NCBI GenBank assembly: GCA_014800525.1
Contig: JAAVFV010000018.1
Span: 17,291 to 81,290, forward strand
DNA: 64,000 bases
Direction: 5' to 3'
DNA from: Bacteroidales bacterium
GTDB taxonomy: Bacteria; Bacteroidota; Bacteroidia; Bacteroidales; Muribaculaceae
In this document: positions 28,090 through 38,900 of the stretch, one piece after another
Layout: each line of letters begins with the position of its first letter
How positions within the stretch are numbered: position 1 is the first letter of the stretch
The notes under the pieces: model-generated
Databases searched by the model: none
The model's input: the letters and a program-made list of their open reading frames with translations, nothing else
What the model was told of the DNA's origin: nothing
Program-made: the position numbers and the translations under genes

Positions 28090-29019
28090 TCAGGATAGGA
28101 GTGCGCGGGTACGGGCCACATCTTCGTCTATAGCAGAGCGCAGGGCGTTAAGGTCGGCGAATTTCTTTTCAGATCGCAATCGCTTCACAAATTCCAGCGT
28201 GAGCGGATCTCCATAAATATTCCCCTCCCAGTCGAGGATATGAGCTTCTATACGCAGTTCCTGCCGATCGGTCACTGTCGGGTTATATCCTATATTCAAT
28301 ACTGCGGGATGTCCCTTGGCTATCACTGCATAGACCCCCGCCGGAGGAAGCTGAATCCTATCGGTTATTCTCAGATTGGCAGTAGGGAATCCGATTGTTC
28401 TTCCGATCTGGCGTCCGGTCTCCACAATTCCGGTCACTGAATACGGACGTCCGAGAAGAGCGGCAGCCTCCTCCATATTTCCTCCCTCTATTGCCCGCCG
28501 CACCGCTGTGGAACTCACCCCCGGTAATTCTCCGGCCTCCCTTACTTCGAGACCTATACGCTTACCGATTGCGGCATAATCAGCCGGCGTAAGACTACGC
28601 CCGTCACATCCGAAACGGTTGTCATAACCAGAAAGCAACCCACGGGCGCCATACATATCCCGCAATCGTAACATCCATTGCTCGGCCGTAAGACTTCTCA
28701 CTTCCGGAGTGAACTTCACTTCTATCACATCCACCCCCCTGGCACGCAAAAGCGCATCCCGTTCCTCATTGGTCTGGAGTCTACGCGGTGCCCGATCGGG
28801 AGCCACTGTCTCCAGAGGATGGCGGTCAAAAGTGACCACTGTCGGAATCAGCCCTCTTTCATCTGCAAATTCCTTTAAGGCGGCCAAAACCTCGCAATGG
28901 CCCGTATGGACACCATCAAATGTGCCCACCGTCACTACCCGGCCCGATCCTGACGCCACTTCCGCCGAAATCCCTTCATTACCCTCCTCCAACTGATTTT
29001 CCGGGGTTGAGTCTCTCAT
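28090..29019 (-). CDS. ribF: Bifunctional riboflavin kinase/FAD synthetase
   Basis: GTFDGVHTGH, SSTAVR, GRTIGFPTAN, IEAHILD. Confidence 0.95.
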   Translation of the reverse strand: MRDSTPENQLEEGNEGISAEVASGSGRVVTVGTFDGVHTGHCEVLAALKEFADERGLIPTVVTFDRHPLETVAPDRAPRRLQTNEERDALLRARGVDVIEVKFTPEVRSLTAEQWMLRLRDMYGARGLLSGYDNRFGCDGRSLTPADYAAIGKRIGLEVREAGELPGVSSTAVRRAIEGGNMEEAAALLGRPYSVTGIVETGRQIGRTIGFPTANLRITDRIQLPPAGVYAVIAKGHPAVLNIGYNPTVTDRQELRIEAHILDWEGNIYGDPLTLEFVKRLRSEKKFADLNALRSAIDEDVARTRALLS

Positions 29020-29047
29020 TTTTCCTATTTTTAATAGTCAGTTAGGG

Positions 29048-29075
29048 CAAATATAATAAATAATCACTAAATTTG
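29048..29075. promoter_or_regulatory. Closely spaced divergent -7 elements for ribF (29048-29055, minus) and pfkA (29068-29075, plus)
   Basis: TATATTTG and TAAATTTG. Confidence 0.6.
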
Positions 29076-29193
29076 CGCTAACTCATACCCTCCATTAATG
29101 TGGCCCGTTGAAAATAAACTCCCTGGAGGTCGATAGAAGTATAATCATCGATAGAAGTATAATCATTGAATAAGAAGAATAAGAATTAACCTT

Positions 29194-30174
29194 ATGAGCA
29201 ATATCAAGTCAGTCGGAATCCTCACCTCAGGAGGCGATGCTCCCGGAATGAACGCGGCTATCCGTGCCGTGACTCGTGCCGGTATCTTCGCTGGATTTAA
29301 AGTGTTCGGTATATATCGTGGCTACCGCGGTCTGATTACAGATGAAATTGAAGAATTCTCTACGCAGAATGTTTCAAACATCATCCAGCGTGGCGGCACA
29401 ATCCTTAAGACTGCCCGCTGTAAGGAGTTCCAGACTCCCGAAGGCCGTCAGTGTGCCTACGATGTGATGAAGCGTCGTGGTATTGATGCACTTGTAGTGA
29501 TCGGCGGTGATGGTTCGCTGACCGGTGCCCGCATCTTCGCCAATGAGTTCAACATCCCCATCATCGGCCTTCCCGGCACTATCGATAACGACCTCTACGG
29601 CACCGACACCACCATCGGATATGACACGGCCCTGAACACAATCATGGACTGCGTCGACAAAATCCGCGACACAGCCACATCTCATGAACGCCTCTTCTTT
29701 ATCGAGGTTATGGGACGCGATGCCGGATTCCTCGCCTTGAATGGTGCGATTGCCGCCGGTGCCGAGGCAGCCATTATTCCGGAAATATCCACACAGGTGG
29801 ACCAGCTTAGCGAACTCATCCAGAATGGTTTCCGCAAATCAAAGAACTCCTCTATCGTACTCGTTGCCGAATCTCCCGTCACCGGAGGTGCCATGGGCCT
29901 CGCCCAGCGTGTGAAAGAGGAATATCCCGGCTATGATGTGCGCGTATCCATCCTTGGTCATCTCCAGCGCGGAGGCTCGCCTACAGCCCACGACCGTATC
30001 CTCGCTTCCCGTATGGGTGCCGCTGCTATCGACGCCCTCCTCGACGACCAGCGCAGCGTGATGATCGGTATCAAGAACGATGAACTCGTTAACGTACCCT
30101 TCACCAAGGCTATCAAGAACGACAAGCCCATCAACCAGCAGCTCCTCTCCACACTCCGTCGCCTTTCAATCTAA
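29194..30174 (+). CDS. pfkA: 6-phosphofructokinase
   Basis: [35 protein letters not shown]. Confidence 0.97.
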   Translation: MSNIKSVGILTSGGDAPGMNAAIRAVTRAGIFAGFKVFGIYRGYRGLITDEIEEFSTQNVSNIIQRGGTILKTARCKEFQTPEGRQCAYDVMKRRGIDALVVIGGDGSLTGARIFANEFNIPIIGLPGTIDNDLYGTDTTIGYDTALNTIMDCVDKIRDTATSHERLFFIEVMGRDAGFLALNGAIAAGAEAAIIPEISTQVDQLSELIQNGFRKSKNSSIVLVAESPVTGGAMGLAQRVKEEYPGYDVRVSILGHLQRGGSPTAHDRILASRMGAAAIDALLDDQRSVMIGIKNDELVNVPFTKAIKNDKPINQQLLSTLRRLSI

Positions 30175-30195
30175 AGTAGGGCAGATATAAGCCTC

Positions 30196-30262
30196 CCCAT
30201 CAGCGCATAAGCCCCGCCAGCGCGAAGCTCGTCGCTGTGCAAGCCCCGAAGGGGATTGAAGC
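30196..30262 (+). repeat. REP-like repeat cluster 2: truncated head plus one type-B unit
   Basis: CCCGCCAGCGCGAAGCTCGTCGCTGTGCAAGCCCCGAAGGGGATTGAAGC. Confidence 0.85.
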
Positions 30263-30370
30263 TACTCATAGATTATACGAAACTTATAGACCCGATACAT
30301 GGATATACAGATAAGGATAATGGAATCACTCGGTGATTCCATTATTTTTTATACCGTTTTCCACGGAAAA

Positions 30371-30402
30371 TTTTGCAGATTCAGAAAAAATTCGTAATTT
30401 TG
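30371..30402 (+). promoter_or_regulatory. tRNA promoter (-33 TTTG, -7 TAATTTTG)
   Basis: Both Bacteroidetes sigmaA elements present just upstream of the tRNA. Confidence 0.75.
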
Positions 30403-30413
30403 CAAACGAATTC

Positions 30414-30496
30414 GGGTGGTTACCAGAGTGGCCAAATGGGGCAGACTGTAAATCTGCTGGCTTACGCCTTCGGTGGTTCGAATCCATCACCACCCA
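30414..30496 (+). tRNA. tRNA-Tyr (GTA), CCA not encoded
   Basis: GGGTGGT acceptor stem, GCAGA CTGTAAA TCTGC anticodon arm, long variable arm, GGTTCGAATCC T arm. Confidence 0.97.
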
Positions 30497-30576
30497 CAAA
30501 CTTAGTAGTCTAAGTGTTGTAACATTAGGAAATCTAATCATTATCAAGAAATTTTAAGGGTAAACGTACTTTTCAA

Positions 30577-30608
30577 ACGGGATTGCTGTGAAGCAACCCC
30601 GTTTTTTT
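30577..30608 (+). terminator. Terminator after tRNA-Tyr
   Basis: ACGGGATTGCT GTGA AGCAACCCCGT followed by a T run. Confidence 0.8.
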
Positions 30609-30635
30609 CTTCCATCCCCTCCGCCCATAACAGCC

Positions 30636-30834
30636 CCCGTCGGCGCGAAGCTCGTCCCCGTCCCGGCTCTGCCGGTTAGCTCCCGTCGGCGCGAAGCTCG
30701 TCTCCGTCCCGGCTCTGCCGGTTAGATCCCGCCGGCGCGAAGCTCGTTTCCGTCCCGGCTCTGCCGGTTAGCTCCCGCCGGCGCGAAGCTCGTTCTGTGC
30801 AAGCCCTGAAAGGGATTGAAGCAGCCAATGCCCC
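30636..30834 (+). repeat. REP-like repeat cluster 3: three 46-bp type-A units plus one type-B unit
   Basis: CCCG(T/C)CGGCGCGAAGCTCGTYYCCGTCCCGGCTCTGCCGGTTAG(C/A)T starting at 30636, 30682 and 30728; type-B unit at 30774. Confidence 0.95.
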
Positions 30835-30881
30835 ATAAAAAAAGCCGGCCCCAAAGAGCCGGCTTAAATGTCTTAATAATA

Positions 30882-32084
30882 TCATTTCAATTTCGCAGAA
30901 GCCTCCTTGATGCGGCGCATCGCCTCGCGGATATTGTCATCGCTCGTAGCATAGCTCAGACGCAGATATCCCGGAGCGCAGAAAGCCCCGCCATCCACAG
31001 TAGCCACGTGAGCCTCCTCAAGAAGATACATCACATAATCAGCGCTGCTCTCAATCACCCGATCACCATTCTTCTTACCGATATACCACGATACATCCGG
31101 GAAAAGATAGAAAGCACCCTGGGGAACATTGCACTTCCAGCCCGGAATCTCCGATGCCAGCATCACAATAAGGTCGCGACGACGCTCAAAGGCATCGCGC
31201 ATCTCACGAACACAATCCTGAGGCCCCAGATATGCCGCTTCGGCAGCCTTCTGGGCAATTGAAGATGCTCCGGAGGTATACTGTCCCTGAAGTTTGGTGA
31301 TAGCCTTTGCCAGCACAGTCGGAGCGGCAATATAACCGATTCGCCAGCCTGTCATCGCATATGCCTTCGAAACACCGTTCACCACCATCAGACGCTCGCG
31401 CAACGCCTCGAAATCGTAGAGACTATGGATGCGCTCCCCGGGAGCAAGGAAATTGATATGCTCATAAATCTCATCAGAAAGGATGAGAATCTCGGGATGA
31501 CGCTCCAGCACTTCGGCCAAGCCGCGAAGTTCAGGCTCGGTATAGATGCTTCCGGTTGGATTCGAAGGAGAATTGAGCATGATCATCTTCGACTTGGGTG
31601 TGATCGCGGCCTCAAGCTGCTTCCCGTTGATCTTGAAATTCTGCTCAAGCCCGGCTTCCACCGTTACAGGCACTCCACCGGCAAGCTTCACCATCTCAAC
31701 ATAACTCACCCATGCCGGAACCGGAATAATCACCTCATCACCGGGATTGATGGTGGCCAGAATAGCATTCGCCAGCTCCTGCTTCGCTCCGTTACCTACC
31801 ACAATCTGATCCGGAGTATACTCCATCCCGTTTTCCTTACGCAATTTCTCACAGATTGCCTGTCGCAGAGACAGATATCCTCCCACGGCCGTATAACGAG
31901 AATAATTCTCATCAATAGCCTTCTTGGCTGCCTCCTTGATGAAATCAGGAGTATCGAAGTCGGGTTCTCCCACCGACATATTGATCACATCCACCCCACT
32001 CGCCTTAAGTTCGGCACTCTTCTGCGACATTGCCAGTGTGGCCGATACCGCCAGAGAGCTCACTCTCTCAGATATTAATCCCAT
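30882..32084 (-). CDS. aspC: Class I/II PLP aminotransferase, aspartate aminotransferase-like
   Basis: VGEPDF, NSPSNPTG, SDEIY, SKAYAMTGWRIG. Confidence 0.9.
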   Translation of the reverse strand: MGLISERVSSLAVSATLAMSQKSAELKASGVDVINMSVGEPDFDTPDFIKEAAKKAIDENYSRYTAVGGYLSLRQAICEKLRKENGMEYTPDQIVVGNGAKQELANAILATINPGDEVIIPVPAWVSYVEMVKLAGGVPVTVEAGLEQNFKINGKQLEAAITPKSKMIMLNSPSNPTGSIYTEPELRGLAEVLERHPEILILSDEIYEHINFLAPGERIHSLYDFEALRERLMVVNGVSKAYAMTGWRIGYIAAPTVLAKAITKLQGQYTSGASSIAQKAAEAAYLGPQDCVREMRDAFERRRDLIVMLASEIPGWKCNVPQGAFYLFPDVSWYIGKKNGDRVIESSADYVMYLLEEAHVATVDGGAFCAPGYLRLSYATSDDNIREAMRRIKEASAKLK

Positions 32085-32217
32085 AGTATTATTCAGATTT
32101 TTGAGTCAAAAATAACCATTTTAAGGGTTTATTCCAAATATTTTAATTAAATTTACACTCAGCCTCTTCCCTGCCCTGCATGGGAATCTGCCAAGGCTTC
32201 ATCCACATAATAATCCA

Positions 32218-33627
32218 TTGTATATGACACACTCCCTTTGCCGTAATCCGCTGTCTTTGCTCCTCGTAGCCGTAATGCTGTTGTTAGGAAGCTGCCGGAA
32301 TTCAACCACTAATATCCACGACCTCCTCGCCACTCTTCCCAAAGATGCCTCCACGGTCGTGGCCTTCAATGTCCATTCCTCTCTTGAGAAAGCCGGCTGC
32401 AAGATTGATGGCTCTAAAGTGGAGCTGAGTCCGGAAATGAAAGCCGCCCTCGACAAAACCAATAATCCGGATGTCAGACAACTCTTCAATGGAGAATACG
32501 GTATCGACCCGGAGGCTGTGGTGATATTCATCGAAGGCCGCGATGTCTATCTCACCGGATTCCTCGCCCGCCCGGACGATTTTGTAAAAGCTGTAAGCCA
32601 GCAGACAGGTGCCCCCTTCGAAGGAAACGGTGTAAAGACCTCCCGGAATTACGCTTATAAGGATAATCAGTTCTGGATCAGCCTATCCAACGATCAGACC
32701 ATCCATTCATCCGAGGTGGAACGTTTCCTCAGCCTCAGTGAACGCCTGAGCTTCACAGCCAACGACTATGCAGATTCGATGGTCGACCTTTCTCATGATA
32801 TTCAGGGATGGAGCAATATTGTCGGCATTGTCAACGCCATAGGTCTTGATTTCCAGGAACGTCAGTTTTTCCGCATGGGTCTCGAGACGCTTTTTGATGA
32901 TGCTGTCGACCTCACTTTCACCGCCGACTTCGACAAGGGCTCCTTCACTTCAATCACCCAGATTATTAACTCTAAAGGCAAGCCCGCTAAATTCCTCCTC
33001 CCCGCTGATAAAATTGATGTCTCTACAATAAGCGGTGACAACGGATCGGCCGGGCTTTTCATGGCGGTGGCGCTCCCCGAGAAACTTGTGCAGGAAATCA
33101 GCAAACATGTAGAAGGAAAAGGTTTCTCCCTGTTAGGCGCGATAATGCCGATGTTTAAGTGTATCGACGGGACCAGCCTTCTCCGCATGGGAATCGATGG
33201 TCGGATTGCCGGGCTCATCACTACCACAGGCCAGAACACAGCCTCTCTCACAGATCTGCTCACTTCACAGTTTGGCTTCAAAGTGAATAAAGACGGCAAA
33301 ATCCTCCATTTCTCTCAGGGAGAGGTATCCGGGCCGCTCACAAACGATGATGTGGCCCCGGATTTCAAGGGCGCCACTATCGGCATGGTCGTGTCGCCGG
33401 GTATGAATCAGGGGGATGCCTCAGCCCATATGGGGCTCAGAAAGATCAGCGCGATGCTCGAAGGATACAACGGCTCCATGCAGCTACGCATCACAGCCAC
33501 TTCCAACAATGAGAAAGAGAATATTCTGATCTCTATTCTCGAAGCAGGCTCTATGCCATCTGTCCCCTCCTCCCGGGCCAATGAATTCCCTAATGAGATT
33601 GAAGAGCATCACAGCCCCGAAAGTTGA
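32218..33627 (+). CDS. Lipoprotein, DUF4836-like
   Basis: LLLGSC lipobox; precedes ABC ATPase and permease genes. Confidence 0.6.
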   Translation: MYMTHSLCRNPLSLLLVAVMLLLGSCRNSTTNIHDLLATLPKDASTVVAFNVHSSLEKAGCKIDGSKVELSPEMKAALDKTNNPDVRQLFNGEYGIDPEAVVIFIEGRDVYLTGFLARPDDFVKAVSQQTGAPFEGNGVKTSRNYAYKDNQFWISLSNDQTIHSSEVERFLSLSERLSFTANDYADSMVDLSHDIQGWSNIVGIVNAIGLDFQERQFFRMGLETLFDDAVDLTFTADFDKGSFTSITQIINSKGKPAKFLLPADKIDVSTISGDNGSAGLFMAVALPEKLVQEISKHVEGKGFSLLGAIMPMFKCIDGTSLLRMGIDGRIAGLITTTGQNTASLTDLLTSQFGFKVNKDGKILHFSQGEVSGPLTNDDVAPDFKGATIGMVVSPGMNQGDASAHMGLRKISAMLEGYNGSMQLRITATSNNEKENILISILEAGSMPSVPSSRANEFPNEIEEHHSPES

Positions 33628-33710
33628 TTCCATCTCCTATTAACTACTTCACTGCTTAACTACTTCACTGCTTAACTACTTCAATGCAGATCTGAACCCA
33701 CTTCCAAACT

Positions 33711-34364
33711 ATGGAACATATCGAAACCATCACTGTCCGGCAAGCACTACCCATGGTGTTTGCCGGGCAGTCATTTCCCCACTCCCGGGTATGGCTCTCC
33801 GAGCTGACCCTGCATCGAGGGGATCTATATAAGATTGAAGCTGCCTCCGGCGGAGGAAAATCATCCCTCTGTGCCTACATCTATGGTTCACGCGAAGATT
33901 ACCAGGGAGAGATTCTCTTCAATAATGAAGATATCCGCACATTCGATATCGCTCGCTGGCAGGAAATACGTCGGAAACATCTTGCTTACCTTCCTCAGGA
34001 TCTATCCCTCTTTCCGGAGCTCACGGCAATAGAGAATATCCAGTTGAAAAACCGTCTCACCGACTTCGCCACTGAAAGCGAGATTCTTGGCTGGCTGCGT
34101 AGACTCGGCATTGAGTTCCGTGCCAATTTCCCATGCGGACGCATGTCTATCGGCCAGCAGCAGAGAGTGGCCATTGTCAGAGCCATCTGCCAGCCCTTTG
34201 ATTTCATACTTCTCGATGAGCCGGTGTCGCATCTGGATAGCGAGAATAACCTCATCGCCGCCTCTCTCATCGAAGAAATTGCCTCCCGCCAGAATGCGGC
34301 GGTAATCTCCACCTCCGTAGGAAATCCCCTCGCCCTCTCGGCCCCGATATCCCTCCCCCTATAA
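33711..34364 (+). CDS. ABC transporter ATP-binding protein
   Basis: SGGGKS Walker A, MSIGQQQR signature variant, LLDEP. Confidence 0.9.
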   Translation: MEHIETITVRQALPMVFAGQSFPHSRVWLSELTLHRGDLYKIEAASGGGKSSLCAYIYGSREDYQGEILFNNEDIRTFDIARWQEIRRKHLAYLPQDLSLFPELTAIENIQLKNRLTDFATESEILGWLRRLGIEFRANFPCGRMSIGQQQRVAIVRAICQPFDFILLDEPVSHLDSENNLIAASLIEEIASRQNAAVISTSVGNPLALSAPISLPL

Positions 34365-34375
34365 CCTATGATTCT

Positions 34376-35560
34376 ATGGTTTCCCGTTTACTTCGAAAAA
34401 ATACATCCACAGCACGCATCATCGGATTCGTGATCTCGAATTTCATCGGTCTGGCCATTGTGCTGGGCGGGGTGCAGTTCTATACAGATGCCGCCTCCAT
34501 CTGGAACGACTCCGATTCCTTTATACGCTCCGATTTCTTAGTGATCAATAAGAAGGTAACTTCCGAAAATACCCTTCACGGTGTCTCTCCCTTCTCCGCA
34601 GAGGAACAAGCCGATATTGCAGCGCAGCCGTGGGTGCGCCAGGCCGCTCCATTCACAGCCTCCAATTATCAAGTCCGTGCCTCAGTAGACCAGGGAGGAC
34701 GCGGAATGTCGACCTCAATGTTCTTCGAAGCAATCCCCGATGATTATGTCGATGTTCCCGGCTCTCAATGGCAATGGCGCGAGGGAGATGCAGAGATTCC
34801 ATTGATTATATCCAAGGATTATCTCACTCTCTATAACTTCGGCTTTGCATCTGCCGCCGGTCTTCCTCAGATGTCGGAAGGCCTCATGAGCGGAATTCCC
34901 CTCCGCCTCACCCTCACCGACCATTCAGGCAGCCGCACGCTCAACTTCTACGGCCGGATCGCAGGATATTCCAACCGTCTGAATACAATCCTTGTACCCC
35001 AGAATTTCATGGATTATACCAATTCGATGCTCGCCTCCGGACAAGGTTCCCGCCCTTCGAGAATGATAGTCGAGGTGAATAGCCCCGGGGATGTGGCTAT
35101 CTCCAAATATATGGAAACTCATGATTATGAGATAGCAGGCGACAAGAGCGCCACTTCCGCGTCATTCCTGCTGAAGGTGGTGGTCGGGATTGTGCTGTCC
35201 ATCGGTATTGTAATCACCATCCTGTCGCTTCTTATCCTCATGCTCTCCATATCCCTGATCATGGAGAAAAACCGGGATAAACTCCATTCCCTTCTTATGT
35301 TAGGATATACCCCGGGAGCTGTGGCCTCTCCCTATCGCCGGATAGTGGTGTCAGCCTCCGCAATAGCCCTTCTGATGGCGGTCGGTGCCACTCTCCTGCT
35401 GCGCCATAGCTATTCCGACGCTCTTGCAGGGCTCGGAGCCGGACAGGGCTCAGTCTGGCCGGCCATCCTGATCGGATGTGCACTCACGATAATTACAATG
35501 ACTCTCAATCTTATTACGGTGCATCGGCGCGTTTTAGGCTCCTGGCGTATAACTCGCTGA
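34376..35560 (+). CDS. FtsX/MacB-like ABC permease
   Basis: One N-terminal TM, large periplasmic loop, three C-terminal TMs, LLMLGY motif. Confidence 0.75.
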   Translation: MVSRLLRKNTSTARIIGFVISNFIGLAIVLGGVQFYTDAASIWNDSDSFIRSDFLVINKKVTSENTLHGVSPFSAEEQADIAAQPWVRQAAPFTASNYQVRASVDQGGRGMSTSMFFEAIPDDYVDVPGSQWQWREGDAEIPLIISKDYLTLYNFGFASAAGLPQMSEGLMSGIPLRLTLTDHSGSRTLNFYGRIAGYSNRLNTILVPQNFMDYTNSMLASGQGSRPSRMIVEVNSPGDVAISKYMETHDYEIAGDKSATSASFLLKVVVGIVLSIGIVITILSLLILMLSISLIMEKNRDKLHSLLMLGYTPGAVASPYRRIVVSASAIALLMAVGATLLLRHSYSDALAGLGAGQGSVWPAILIGCALTIITMTLNLITVHRRVLGSWRITR

Positions 35561-35653
35561 TAATGGGAAGAGAAGGGGAAATATACATGTGTTAATTTTG
35601 TTAATTAACATAGTTAATTCATGTTTACGTTTCTTAAAACGCCCTTTAATCCT

Positions 35654-35661
35654 TATCTTTG
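35654..35661 (+). promoter_or_regulatory. -7 element (TATCTTTG) for the susC locus, implying a leader of roughly 290 nt
   Basis: TAnnTTTG match upstream of ATG 35961. Confidence 0.6.
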
Positions 35662-35960
35662 TGATTGCAATTCAAAATCACTCTCCATTTCCGGCATTTT
35701 CCGACGCGATCGGAAGGCCCTCCACCAATAAACCTATCATAAAACCGATGCTGAAATCTAAGATTGATGTCGGGATTATGGATTAACCTTGAAATCGAAC
35801 CAATAATGCTCAAATCCAGTATGTAGGATGCGAAAAAAGTGTGGTTCATGACCTACGGGTGTCATGGAGTGGCCCTTCACATGTCTCTCCGAAGCCCACA
35901 AAAATAGTAAAAAGAGAAAATAAATAACTTAACTAATGTAAAACTTAATTTCATTCTTGC

Positions 35961-38900
35961 ATGAAGAACATCTGTTTTCAGCTGAATCGGAAGTTATGGG
36001 CTACTCTGGCATTAGTGCTGGTGCTCACTCTTCCCGCCTTCGCGCAGAAAATCACAGTCACGGGTCACGTGGCTGATGAGCTGGGCGACGACATGATCGG
36101 AGCAACGATCATGGAAAAAGGCACCTCCAACGGCGTTTCCGCCGACCTGGATGGTAACTTTACCATCACTGTTCCTCCGACTGCTACGCTGGTGGTCAGC
36201 TATGTGGGTTACGACCCCATGGAAGTGGCCGTCAACGGACAGACTACTATCAACATCGTTCTCAAACAGAACGCTACCCTCCTGAACGAAACCGTCGTTA
36301 TCGGTTATGGTTCAGTTAAGAAATCCGACTCCACAGGTTCGGTATCTATCATCAAGCCTGATGAGGTAGAGGCAGGTCTGGCTACTTCTGTATCCGACAT
36401 GCTCGTTGGTCAGACTCCCGGTGTGGTTGTTACCACTTCCGGCGGCCCTGCAGGCGGCGCTGAAATCCGTATCCGCGGTGGCGCTTCTCTGTCAGCTTCC
36501 AACGACCCTCTGATCGTGCTCGACGGTGTGCCTTTGAGCAATGATACACCCCTCGGTATGGGTTCTCCGATCTCCATGATCGACCCCGAATCAATCGAAT
36601 CCATGACTGTCCTCAAGGATGCTTCCGCTACCGCTATCTACGGTTCTCGTGCATCTAACGGTGTGATCATCATCACCACCAAGAAGGGCCGTGCCGGTCG
36701 TCCCAAGGTTTCTTTCGCTGCCAACTTCTATGTTGACTATGCTCGTAAGACTACCGATGTGCTCAGCGGCGATGAATTCCGCGAGTTCGTTTGGAACCGT
36801 TTCGGTAAAGACTCCGGCGAGGCTCGTATGCTCGGCGACGCTAACACCAACTGGCAGGATCAGATCTTCCGCACTACCTTCAGCTCTGACTACACTCTGT
36901 CAGTGGCAGGTTCTCTCGGCAAGTATGTTCCTTACCGCGTTTCCGGTTCTTACACAAACAACAACGGTATCCTGAAGAAATCGGCTATGGACCGTGCCAC
37001 TGTAGGTATCACCCTTACTCCGAAGCTCTTCAACGATCACCTCTCAATCAACGCTAACGCTAAGGGTTACTATGTACACAACACATGGGCTCAGGAAGAC
37101 GCTATCGGCCAGGCTGTAAGCTACAACCCGACTCTCCCCATCCATACTTACGATCCTATCGTAGGCGGTTCGGCCGGTGATGCTTTCCAGTATCTCTTCA
37201 ACGGCTACACCGAGCCCTGGACTCTTTCTGATGGTGCTGCCAACCTTGGTAACAACTCCACTTACAACCCCGTTGCTACTATCGAGCAGTCTCATTCCAA
37301 GTCTAAGGTTTATCGTTCTAACGGTAATATCCAGTTCGACTATTCTTTCCACTTCCTCCCCGAGCTCCACGCTAACCTTAACCTCGGTTATGACGTGACT
37401 AAGTCTAACGATGACTATTCTGTAGACGCTAACTCTCACATGGCTTGGAAAGACCACGACAACTATGGTGGTGGTTATTCTAACCATCAGTATCAGTTCC
37501 GCAGCAACACTCTTCTCGAGTTCTACCTCAACTACCGCAAGGAGTTTGAGAAGGCCAACCAGATGATTGATGCTACTGCAGGTTACACTTGGAGCCGTGA
37601 CTACGCTCGTGGCTGGAACGATGGTTCAAACGCTGAAGCAGGTCTCGCTACTACTCTCGGTCTTTCTCCCGCTTATCCTATCTACAACGCTGACGGCACT
37701 CTCGAAGGCTATGGTCTCGACTGGACACAGCGTGAGGGTGTAGGTATCGGTGATCCCTTCAAGAAGGATGACAACAGCCCCACAGGTAACTACCATTGGG
37801 CTAACCACCTCCAGCTTCTCTCTTTCTTCGGTCGTGTGAACTATTCACTCCAGGATCGTTACCTCCTTACAGCCACTGTCCGCGGTGATGCCACTTCACG
37901 CTTCTCTAAAGACAACCGTTGGGGCGTTTTCCCCGCTGTCGCTCTCGGCTGGCGTATCGACCAGGAAAGCTTCATGGAAAACCATCGCCACTGGCTCAAC
38001 GAACTTAAGTTCCGTGTAGGCTGGGGTGAAACCGGTCAGCAGGCTGTAGGTAGCTACTACAACTACATTCCTCTCTATGCAATGTCTCAGCCCTCTTCTT
38101 ACTATACTAATGGCCAGGGTGGCTGGTTCGTTCCTTACTTCCCCGAGGGTTACAACAAAGACCTCAAGTGGGAGACTACCGCTACTTGGAACGTCGCTCT
38201 TGATTACGGTTTCATGAACAACCGCATCAACGGTACTATCGAATGGTATCTCCGTAACACCCGCGACCTCCTCTCTACCGTTCCTGTGAAGGCTGGTGCT
38301 TCTACAGTTTCTATGCTTCCCCAGAACATCGGTAAGATGCGCAACTATGGTATCGAGTTCAGCATCAACGCTAAGCCCGTTATGACTGAGTACTTCACTT
38401 GGACTCTTTCTTACAATGTTGGCTGGAACCACAATGAAATCACTGACCTCGGTGGCAATGAGTTCGCTGTTGGTGGTGGATTCGGCGGTACAGGTGGTAA
38501 CTGTATGATTCAGCGCGAGGGTTATGCCGCTTATACTTTCAATCTCTATCAGCAGGTTTACGATAACGCAGGCAACCCCATCCAGGGTGCTTATGTTGAC
38601 CAGAACGGCGATGGTATGATTGACTCCCGCGACCTCGTGGCTCGTCACTCTAAGGATCCTAAGGTAACTATGACCTTCGGTTCTAACTTCCGCCTCCACA
38701 ACTGGGATCTCGGCTTCAACCTCCGTGCTTCTCTCGGAAACTATGTTTACGCTTCCGCTCTCCGTGGTGGTACAACAATCGACGGTATCGCTCGTAACGG
38801 TCAGCTCTCTAACATCTTCAAGGCTGATACTTACTTCGAGTCTGAGCAGAGCCCCTCTGACTACTGGCTCCGTGATGGTTCGTTCCTCCGTTGTGATAAC

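Noticed and set aside
30414-30640. Integrative element at tRNA-Tyr
   Set aside because: No integrase and no duplicated tRNA 3' end seen
30636-30834. CRISPR array
   Set aside because: Units are contiguous with no unique spacers, and there are no cas genes in the window
30326-30885. Short ORFs around tRNA-Tyr
   Set aside because: They overlap the tRNA or the repeat cluster
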